Origin: an uncultured virus (IMG/VR IMGVR_UViG_3300044953_000168)
Lineage: Duplodnaviria > Heunggongvirae > Uroviricota > Caudoviricetes
Virus record (IMG/VR): IMGVR_UViG_3300044953_000168
Reading direction: 5' to 3' (one strand)
Length of the DNA: 64,000 nucleotides
Shown: piece by piece, positions 48,001-55,243 of the stretch
How positions within the stretch are numbered: position 1 is the first letter of the stretch
Layout: each line of letters begins with the position of its first letter
Position numbers and translations under genes: made by a program
Notes under the pieces: generated by a model
What the model saw: only the letters and a program-made list of their open reading frames with translations
Databases searched by the model: none
What the model was told of the DNA's origin: nothing

Positions 48001-49523
48001 TTACCATATATGGATATGGGTGGTATGTAAATAACTGGAACAGTATATATGGAATTAATTCCAGACTATACACTCGTGACTACAGAGAGAAGTTCTCAGG
48101 ACTGTTTACGAACGGCCTTAAGCAGCTGATCAAAAACCAGATAACAGACGATCAGTTATTGGAGATAAAGGCCGTACAGGGATCTCCTGGTCCTTTCCGT
48201 GCGGCAGTACCTGCTAGTATATTATATCCTCTAGGTCAAGCTCTAGAGCTAGACTACGATCAATGGAAAGGTATTGCGGAAGCTGTAGTACGAACAGTTA
48301 TAGACACCTACTCCGAAGACGGACTTTACTACGAGGATCCTTATAAGGTATCTAATTCTGCTGGAAGGCAGGATGCTGTGCTGGGCGGCCTCACGTCCAT
48401 GTACAAGTCGGTGGCCTCATCTGGACAGGTAGACCTGTTCGAGCCGCTACATACGGATCTGGCCACTCTGCGTGGAACTAAGTTCCTTCCTAACTTCACA
48501 AGTTACGATACAAACCCTCCCGTAGCTGGTTGGGCTGGAGCGACTAATACTCTATCTTTCTGGAAGTACTACCACAGCGGTGACGTAGAGGACTCGGTCT
48601 CGGCGCTGAAGAATGCCGGTGTGAACGCACTCGCCGTAGACCTAGACTACATGATGTGGAGATCCAACCCTTCTGGATTCGTCTCTAACCTAGATCACCT
48701 TTTCCGCACGTGCTATGAAAATAGGATAAGAGTCGTACCTTCTCTGTTCTTTACAGAAGGAACACAAGTAGCTGCTGGGCAAGAGACTGCTTACTATGGA
48801 TACGGCCACACAGGAGGGTCCTACCACTCCTCCTGGCTGTATAACGTGGAGCTCATGAGTGGAGCAGGATCAGGAGAGGCCTATGTGTCTTACATCGTGG
48901 ATAGGTATGATAACCATCCAGCACTACTGGCCTGGAGTCCTTACAGCAGTGGTCTACATCACGCGCAGGCAGCCGCAAACTGCAATGGTGTCATGTACAT
49001 CATAAAAGAAAACGGGTCTAGTCCTATTATATACAATACTAACTGTCCAGTAAGTAACTGGGACATTAGAAGTATTACCTTACTAGAAGAAGATGTAGTT
49101 ATTACTGATCCTAGTACTCAAGCACAGTCCCCCTATCCTGGGGCGAGCAACATGTCCGACGCCCCTGCTTACTCGGCTAGGGTTAGCAAAATTGCGGTAC
49201 AGGTACCAGCACTATCCTCTTTCTTCATAGACAACCTAAGCGTAACAGGGAACGATATTATCCTTACCAACTACGGAGATGGGACCTATGGAGACTACGA
49301 ACTAGCCATTGATAAAGCTACTAATGCTAATCTGCCTATTATCTTGTCTAATCTTTTCATAAAGTCAGGTTCTAGATTTGGATGTGTATACAACACGAGC
49401 GACGCCAGAAATGTGAGACAAATGCACGCTGTCACGGCCCTAGCGCAAGATCATGGGGTTGACGTAGACTCTGGCTTTAGTCAGTTACGTACATTTGGGG
49501 ATAAATATTTCTATCATTCGTGA
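45084..49523 (+). CDS. Large virion protein with C-terminal GH5-like (clan GH-A) barrel; frame continues past the TGA to 49895
   Basis: GTG start. N-terminal phage structural region (LDTRVKGGGL; FWDIGHIDGEPYP). C-terminal RGTKFLP...AGVNALAV...F...LD...RIRVVPSLF...YIVDRYDNHPALLAW. Confidence 0.7.
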   Translation: MAISNQDNVDFCRQSLIQRMTRPAPGLALYPLNGTGTSLSVEIISNATVIALRYVSTATTVVSVSFVGKSTETVAAEINASGLPIRAVVISNTESHSQGDFISTGSGYVSIPQGFGTYDRIVSNGVLLRVKKVVTRHTSASSIFLLPPYSESPGLPWYPRINNGSFTQKYKNKLYHFYISEYDKQTWSPRYGKPFKEVRGVQPALLDKDTYQLPKFPVYWNGQNITIYNKDLAIPNGVISDIDIHNGIIYLKPELNITQEFTIDYTYLENSYVYKEININGHFSNNPLVLEKFVVIYMIPVEGAGMYNKRTVFHAIGDTIPEAIASISVEDPDLPIAVIGAYAVHPVAASDTISLLDTRVKGGGLKDVTGPTSPVHILPYSVESSETPIEDVYQESYRFWDIGHIDGEPYPGAAAVAIDLPEELKDILPISDIQKRATKFLAAGVYPSFRFTDRASPAVTGLSSQLSCTYNENLSDIFEKSSTYTNTGVIASVPSTASGAGWFLDTPSLPRSVFVNSGWYTFNPGPTVLKDSDGYLLEVNTSTGVTLSYLKSTPNTEVRWEERTVAYNTASLDNPIEYSQWVSKKYLDTKECATGHLIKNHLYFAPDNQTKQYRKIKVYSPYHHTNLEAVLYSGISDIIDTTLTLLNSNNELVSGYTTVGDLSAIEQHADYVLTPDEFLNLYNLEYTPLESEYLEDLIAIGKRFTSSGAYGYDHYFKYYSQSTNQYLELTDEAVYYNFNFSNSLRTLNKYLDLGFRYGLWSQECSTGAMVSTGLCHTLISGSLNHGNYGPGLPVFWTYYLDVGMFSGVPLATNESNTETLLSENNDYVYSLGFDYILSSLLSFTGSDLSSTLNRIYDDVYNTVNSDVIQVAAEAVNDVRTLSGYDTTSHWFISQNRVGNYLGNNLYNLIEGYKYLHRYNSHRDYPLDLTSPSAGGADRMLSVFSGIESVLLNSYDVVYNNILRGGITEPEAALTIYGYGWYVNNWNSIYGINSRLYTRDYREKFSGLFTNGLKQLIKNQITDDQLLEIKAVQGSPGPFRAAVPASILYPLGQALELDYDQWKGIAEAVVRTVIDTYSEDGLYYEDPYKVSNSAGRQDAVLGGLTSMYKSVASSGQVDLFEPLHTDLATLRGTKFLPNFTSYDTNPPVAGWAGATNTLSFWKYYHSGDVEDSVSALKNAGVNALAVDLDYMMWRSNPSGFVSNLDHLFRTCYENRIRVVPSLFFTEGTQVAAGQETAYYGYGHTGGSYHSSWLYNVELMSGAGSGEAYVSYIVDRYDNHPALLAWSPYSSGLHHAQAAANCNGVMYIIKENGSSPIIYNTNCPVSNWDIRSITLLEEDVVITDPSTQAQSPYPGASNMSDAPAYSARVSKIAVQVPALSSFFIDNLSVTGNDIILTNYGDGTYGDYELAIDKATNANLPIILSNLFIKSGSRFGCVYNTSDARNVRQMHAVTALAQDHGVDVDSGFSQLRTFGDKYFYHS

Positions 49524-49895
49524 TACTCGCCTTCATTCACTAGCAAGCATCTACTGTCAGGTATAAGGTCATGGAACACTAGAAACGTTCCCGCTCCGTT
49601 TAGTACATACAACACTGGAGAATACACAAGACAGATTGATCAACTGACTACAATGCAGCAGGCGATAGATTACTTTAACTATAAGTACTGGGATAATAAT
49701 TATGCTATATCTGGACCCTTAACTAATACAGAGTGTTCAGATTTGAACTACTACAGAACTAGATGGACGGTTCTTAGCGGTCTCGATTTCGACGATGAGG
49801 ACCTCCAGATTAGCAGAGAAGACTATGATAATTTCTTCACCCAGTGGGGAAATGTGCTTGGCAGTATATGCCGTCGGCTAGACATCAATGGTTAA
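49524..49895 (+). other. In-frame open continuation (123 sense codons) of the 45084 ORF after a single TGA; includes the 49653-49895 ORF
   Basis: After TGA (49521-49523) the same frame reads YSPSFTSKHLLSGIRSWNTRN...LTTMQQAIDY... with no stop until TAA at 49893-49895, which overlaps the next start. Confidence 0.8.
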
Positions 49896-52659
49896 TTTTC
49901 TAAACAAGATTATAAGCACTCTGCCCGATTCCCAGAAGACGGCTATACGGGCACTGATTGCTTCCAAGGTGGCCGCGGGCGAGCTCCTCAGCATCCGAGC
50001 AAAACAGGATGATGCTAGTGCTATATACAATAGAATAAAAGGCAAGCTAAACAGAACTCTGCTTACTCCCAGATATGCTGTGAGAGATGAGAAGATTTCT
50101 TCCTCTGATCATAACAGTAATATGGAAGAGATTTACTTGGATCTTAATGCTCTCTATAGCAGCATTAACGAGCTGTACAGCCTTACTAGTAAGCAAGTTA
50201 TAAGTCTAAATAGCGAGTACCAGAAATCCCGAGCAGCCATAGAGAAGCTTATTAATGATGTAAAAGTATATTCATTAAGAAAGCAACATCCTGAGTTTAA
50301 TGAAGTTAAGTTAATTGACTTCAACGCCAGCGTCAATAGCAGCAGAAAGCATCCTATTGCAGAGATCAATCCTAATACTCGACTACTACAACTGAAGCCC
50401 GCACTGGTCAATAGAGCACACCTGCCTAACAGGGCCAGCAGGTCTACGAAGATATATACTAAAACATATAGCCAGGGATTAAAGGGCGAACTGTCAGCTA
50501 CGTTTCCTGTACAGAACATGTGTGACCAGAAGGTAGAAAGTTTCTGGGCTACGCTAGTTCTATCCGATTCTCCAGTATCCCAGGTCTATGAAAAGAATAC
50601 AGTTACTGGACAAACGTACCAAGTGGCTGTGAATGGTCCTGTAGTAGAGGTGTATTTTAAGTTCTCTCACATAGAGAAAATTAACACTATCAAAATACTT
50701 CCATTCTCTGAGTTCCCGATCCGGATAATCGACGTCGCCTTCCGTAGCTCCCCTTCTTCGCAGATACTACAGAAAATAGAAGACTTCCAGGACGTCACTA
50801 CTTTAGACTGGGTAGAGATAAACATAGCTCCGGTATTTGCCTCAGAAGTTAGAATTACTATAGTACAAGAGAACTACAAAAAGTCATCATATCTCTTGCC
50901 CAAGTCAGTAGTTGTAAACACAGACATCTTCCAAAGGATTGTGAAGTACAGAGCTAGCAGGGTGCTGGGGTCTGCAATAGCAGACAGTGACTTCTCCTTG
51001 TATCTAGTTAGTAGTCTTAGTAACTACGAGTCGGCTGCACAAACCCTAGAAGCACTGTATAAAGATTCTGGCGTAGACCTAACCATTCAGCCAGCTATAA
51101 CCTACTATAGCGATTTTGCTAAGCTTGTAGAATCCCTCTACTCTGAGCTAGATCCACAGCAGTCGTCGTCTATAGCCGCGTCAATAGCACAGCAGCCAAG
51201 CAATCCGCTGGTTAGTATAACCAAGTATGAGTACCTACTAGGTATAAGAGAAGTAGAAATAAACCACCAAATATATTATCCAACTAGTTTCTATGAGTCA
51301 GAAAAGTATAATACTGATGCCACAGTATCCCAGATACAGATAGAGGTAGATGAGCGACACAACCTCATATCCACAGAGTGGCAGGATGACTATAGAAAAA
51401 CTAGTACTGAGTGGCAGATAGAGATAGGAGAAGGAAGAAAGTTTCCTATCCACCCTATTAACATTGTAGATGATATAGACGGTATACCGGCAGCCAAGGA
51501 CGAAAGACTCAACTTTGATTTGTCTACCAACAAAGCGTACACTCGGCTGGGTGGCTACTACAGTCTCCCGTACAGGATTAAGAAGAATGGAGACATCATT
51601 CCTCCAGACAAATATGTCTGCACAAGAATAACGGGCTCTATTCCTAAGCTAGAAGTATTCCTTACTGGAGAATACTTTGACGAGGGAAGTCTGTACAGCA
51701 TAGACTACGCTGTAGATCCTAGTAGCTACAATATAGATATCTTAGACAAGTTCGCTAGCCAAGAAATTGCCAGCCCCGAGATATTCTCCTCAGTAGGTAG
51801 TGACAATAATATTACGCTATCTAAGTATCCGTTTATCAATTACGAAGTAATCAACAGTACAGGAACGTTTGCTAAGGAGAGCAACAAGTCTGTATGGAAG
51901 TACAGCCCTCTACAACGAGACGTGTACAGTGGACAACTTGTTCTGCGTCCAACAATCGTAGACTCCGTAGGAAATATACTCCAGACAGGAAGTACTACTG
52001 CCCACCTGATAACAGGGCAGTGGGGCACTCAGTCAGGCGTACCTCCCGTGAACCTTACCGGAGCACTTAGTCTTTCTTACTTCGGAGAAATAAAAGGAAT
52101 AGACTTCGGATACTATGTTAAGGTAATGGACAACTCCACTTATGGACATATAACACAGTTTACTAATAGTACAGGATTCACCCTGAGCTCTCCTGTTTCA
52201 GTAACAGAGGAGCAGTGCCGCAGATGGGACAGTCAAGAAACTGGTAAGGTATTTATAGGATCTACTATAAGTCCTATGAGTGGATACTTGGTATCTGATT
52301 ACATTATAGGAGTAGGGGTAAACACCGACGGTAAGGTTTTTGCTATTAGTGATATAGAGTACTCTCCTCTTACTATCACAGTAGGAGGGAAGGATGCTAC
52401 GAACATTACCGACTATGAGACCCTAGTCCATCCAGCCTTCAGCTCCTCGAATTCAAGAGATAATAAATTTGAGTACATACAGGCTGGAAAGAATATTTAT
52501 TTTAATCAAAAAATTGAACAAGAAATAAGAGTGAGCTATAACTGGATCACGGAGTATATTAAGGTATATGGCACACTCAAATATAACAGCATGATAGATC
52601 CTAGTCTTACTCCTAAGGTCAACGAGATCCGAGTGTTCACCAACAATCTAGTCATATGA
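49888..52659 (+). CDS. Virion structural protein, paralog family member 1 (923 aa)
   Basis: SSDHNSNMEEIYLDLNALY helix, DQKVESFW jelly-roll motif, YEYLLGIRE and C-terminal TPKVNEIRV. Confidence 0.65.
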   Translation: MVNFLNKIISTLPDSQKTAIRALIASKVAAGELLSIRAKQDDASAIYNRIKGKLNRTLLTPRYAVRDEKISSSDHNSNMEEIYLDLNALYSSINELYSLTSKQVISLNSEYQKSRAAIEKLINDVKVYSLRKQHPEFNEVKLIDFNASVNSSRKHPIAEINPNTRLLQLKPALVNRAHLPNRASRSTKIYTKTYSQGLKGELSATFPVQNMCDQKVESFWATLVLSDSPVSQVYEKNTVTGQTYQVAVNGPVVEVYFKFSHIEKINTIKILPFSEFPIRIIDVAFRSSPSSQILQKIEDFQDVTTLDWVEINIAPVFASEVRITIVQENYKKSSYLLPKSVVVNTDIFQRIVKYRASRVLGSAIADSDFSLYLVSSLSNYESAAQTLEALYKDSGVDLTIQPAITYYSDFAKLVESLYSELDPQQSSSIAASIAQQPSNPLVSITKYEYLLGIREVEINHQIYYPTSFYESEKYNTDATVSQIQIEVDERHNLISTEWQDDYRKTSTEWQIEIGEGRKFPIHPINIVDDIDGIPAAKDERLNFDLSTNKAYTRLGGYYSLPYRIKKNGDIIPPDKYVCTRITGSIPKLEVFLTGEYFDEGSLYSIDYAVDPSSYNIDILDKFASQEIASPEIFSSVGSDNNITLSKYPFINYEVINSTGTFAKESNKSVWKYSPLQRDVYSGQLVLRPTIVDSVGNILQTGSTTAHLITGQWGTQSGVPPVNLTGALSLSYFGEIKGIDFGYYVKVMDNSTYGHITQFTNSTGFTLSSPVSVTEEQCRRWDSQETGKVFIGSTISPMSGYLVSDYIIGVGVNTDGKVFAISDIEYSPLTITVGGKDATNITDYETLVHPAFSSSNSRDNKFEYIQAGKNIYFNQKIEQEIRVSYNWITEYIKVYGTLKYNSMIDPSLTPKVNEIRVFTNNLVI

Positions 52660-54077
52660 CAGATTCTAGCCAAGTTCAAAATACCAGTGAGTCCGTCTTA
52701 CTAAAGCTGAGAAACTCACTAGAATCCCTACAGACAAGGTCTAGTACAGACTCTAGCACGGCTCTGTCAGAGTTGATGGCTTCCTTTAAGGAGTTTTTTG
52801 ACACTATAGGTGACCCAGAGTTCTCTCCAATACTGCTGGAAACAGGGGATACCCCTAGGTCTTTAGATTACAATAGCAATCTAAGGACGATATACAATGA
52901 CATTGTCAGGTTCTATAAAGAGCTACAAAATCTTACTAATATCAGTATTACGTCGTTTAACTACAGTCAAGTAGTTACTACTGAGATAAGAAAAAGAGCT
53001 GAGTCATTGGCAGGTATGGTTCTTGATCTTAACATCTTAAATGGGTTTACTAGAGGAGATGTTATAGTCGCCGGAGATGACTTTATCAATCTAGACAAGG
53101 TCAATGTATCCGCCGCACTTGGCAGTAGCCAGGCGGAACTAGTCTCTAACGGAGCAGGAGTTTCTTTAGCCAGAGCAAGCACTAATAACCTATCCCTGCA
53201 TCCTAAGACTACAGTGGAGGTGCTTCCTATCTCTCCACAGAGTACTGTAAATGGAGTATCTAGTGTTAATACCAGCCCTACACCTGGTAACATTAGAAGA
53301 TTTTATGAAGGAAACTATTACAACTTCATAGGCCTTGCCCGACCGGAAGGCGGCACATTCAACATACAGTATATCGTTAGTCCGCAATATTCTGGCCAGG
53401 CAGAGGACCCAGAGGGTGGGTTGTTCCTGGAGTATGGAGCTACTAAAGAAGTACTCGACAGAGAAAGAAGAAAGATGCTAGATGGCAATCCAGATACATT
53501 CTGGGAATGTGAGTACGCCATTAGACTAGACGATCCTCTGTTAACCATTACACAGAGCACTGGTAACTCTCCTGATAATCCGGGAGCAGACGCTATACAG
53601 ATAGATGTAGATAACCTTAATACTTTGGCCTTAGGGGAAGACTCTGTTGATCTTGTTATAGACTTAGTCGTAACACTTCCTGAAGCTACAAATGTAAACT
53701 TTGTTGCTATAAATCCGGTAGTCTTCAGCAAGAGTGCCTTCATAGATGTTCAGGATATATCTACTGAGAAGGACGGCGAGTTCGTTACTGTAGACGGATG
53801 GAGTGAACTTAGGTTTCCTAAAACAATCACTCCTGAAGCAAACGAATATCTGACAGACAGCCAAGCGAGCATATCTCTGTCCCCCAATAGATATAACTAT
53901 TCTGGGCAAGGAATATATCCGTTCCCCAATAGGTTTACTAAAAAGATCAAAGTTAGGTTATCTATGTCTCAGCCCGCCTCTCAGATTTACGAGAGGACAT
54001 ACGCGCTATTAAAGAATACAATAGACATAGAAACAACTGTTACTACTACAACAAAGAAAGGTAGACTGAGGTTCTAA
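52656..54077 (+). CDS. Virion structural protein, paralog family member 2, N-terminal part (473 aa)
   Basis: SLDYNSNLRTIYNDIVRFY helix and MLDGNPDTFW (discoidin/F5-8-like). Lacks the family's C-terminal motifs. Confidence 0.65.
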   Translation: MTDSSQVQNTSESVLLKLRNSLESLQTRSSTDSSTALSELMASFKEFFDTIGDPEFSPILLETGDTPRSLDYNSNLRTIYNDIVRFYKELQNLTNISITSFNYSQVVTTEIRKRAESLAGMVLDLNILNGFTRGDVIVAGDDFINLDKVNVSAALGSSQAELVSNGAGVSLARASTNNLSLHPKTTVEVLPISPQSTVNGVSSVNTSPTPGNIRRFYEGNYYNFIGLARPEGGTFNIQYIVSPQYSGQAEDPEGGLFLEYGATKEVLDRERRKMLDGNPDTFWECEYAIRLDDPLLTITQSTGNSPDNPGADAIQIDVDNLNTLALGEDSVDLVIDLVVTLPEATNVNFVAINPVVFSKSAFIDVQDISTEKDGEFVTVDGWSELRFPKTITPEANEYLTDSQASISLSPNRYNYSGQGIYPFPNRFTKKIKVRLSMSQPASQIYERTYALLKNTIDIETTVTTTTKKGRLRF

Positions 54078-54078
54078 T

Positions 54079-54903
54079 ATGGGACGTCGAAAAACCACAG
54101 TAGAGAAAACTACGGAAAGGCGGACAGAATCACAGCTAGTAAAGTTCACGTATTTGCAGAGCCTGGCCGTTGCTAACGGCCTGACTTCTGCTGGGGCAGT
54201 AGGAGGGGAGACTGGTCCGTCCTCCGAAACTACGACTACTAACTCCAGCAATCCACCTGGCGTCATTCAAAAGTATTATGATAAGTGGCTATCAAAAGAT
54301 ACTCGTAAGCTAACTGATAAGCTCCCTAAGGGAGGCGGTCTCTTTAAAAAGAAGACCAATACTACTACAAAGATAGACTATAAGGAAACCGGCTGGACTC
54401 TAGTTAAAACATGGAATCAGCCAGAGTTTGACATAATCCGATATGCTATAGGTATCAAAGAACTTATTGTTGCTCAGTTTACGTACGAGGAGACCAGCGA
54501 GATCATATCCAAGCCATGGACATCCCCAAAGGAGATAGTCAAGGTCGTATTAAATGTAGATCAGTTTATTCCATCTAACTTTACTGTTGGTAACTATATA
54601 GACTACTATATAAAACCAAACGTTCAAGATTTTGATTGGATAAGAATAAACCCTCTAGGAACCCCATCCGTGTTTACTGAAGATGGCAATGTCGTGCCTA
54701 GAATAGTTAACTTCAATACTGAGAAACCTCTGTCTTCAAGATTTGAAGATGCATATTTTTTCACTACGCCTCCTGTCAAGGAAGTAATCTTCCGTGCGGT
54801 GTTGCGTAGACCGGTGACCTTAGACGACGGCTCCTCTGGCGAGGGATACAGTCCTATTCTAAGGTCCTATAGACTTAGCCTAATTCCAAGAAATGGACTC
54901 TAA
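54079..54903 (+). CDS. Virion structural protein, paralog family member 2, C-terminal part (274 aa)
   Basis: Has RYAIGIKEL...Y...S.IIS, IDYYI, WIRINP and YSPILRSYRL, the family's C-terminal motifs. Confidence 0.6.
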   Translation: MGRRKTTVEKTTERRTESQLVKFTYLQSLAVANGLTSAGAVGGETGPSSETTTTNSSNPPGVIQKYYDKWLSKDTRKLTDKLPKGGGLFKKKTNTTTKIDYKETGWTLVKTWNQPEFDIIRYAIGIKELIVAQFTYEETSEIISKPWTSPKEIVKVVLNVDQFIPSNFTVGNYIDYYIKPNVQDFDWIRINPLGTPSVFTEDGNVVPRIVNFNTEKPLSSRFEDAYFFTTPPVKEVIFRAVLRRPVTLDDGSSGEGYSPILRSYRLSLIPRNGL

Positions 54904-55234
54904 CATAGAACTTCAAAAAAGAATAGCCTTCCTAGAAGGACTGATAGAAGGTAAGCAGATTGCTATAGATCTACTTATAGATACAGTTAAGCAGCTACGT
55001 AATAACAACAATATGAGTTTTGACTATATTACTAGCACTCCCTACAAGCCGGTTTGGACAACAAGTACTGATCCTGGCCAGGTATCCTGGCAGGGCGGCC
55101 CAGTGAGTGGTAGTGTGAGTAACACAATTACTATAGACAAAGACTTCTTTTTTGATATCAATAGGGACACGACCCCAGCAGTGTGGACTGCCGGATCTAT
55201 AAAGTCTACTCTTAATTCTTTCTTAAGCAAGTAA
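54893..55234 (+). CDS. Hypothetical protein (113 aa) with N-terminal coiled coil
   Basis: Fills the gap between flanking genes with an 11-nt overlap; IELQKRIAFLEGLIEG heptads. Confidence 0.55.
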   Translation: MDSNIELQKRIAFLEGLIEGKQIAIDLLIDTVKQLRNNNNMSFDYITSTPYKPVWTTSTDPGQVSWQGGPVSGSVSNTITIDKDFFFDINRDTTPAVWTAGSIKSTLNSFLSK

Positions 55235-55243
55235 CATTACCCC

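Noticed and set aside
47900..48420. Possible (alpha/alpha)6 glycosidase-like toroid in the middle of the 45084 ORF
   Set aside because: Helical, aromatic-rich pattern is only suggestive; no specific motif could be supported by eye.
43826..48827. 15-bp repeat GGAGGGTCCTACCAC (43826 and 48813)
   Set aside because: Isolated coding match (GGSYH). Too short for a DGR template/variable repeat pair, and no reverse transcriptase is in the window.
49521..49580. Selenocysteine insertion at the internal TGA
   Set aside because: No convincing SECIS-like hairpin directly downstream and no redox-motif context.
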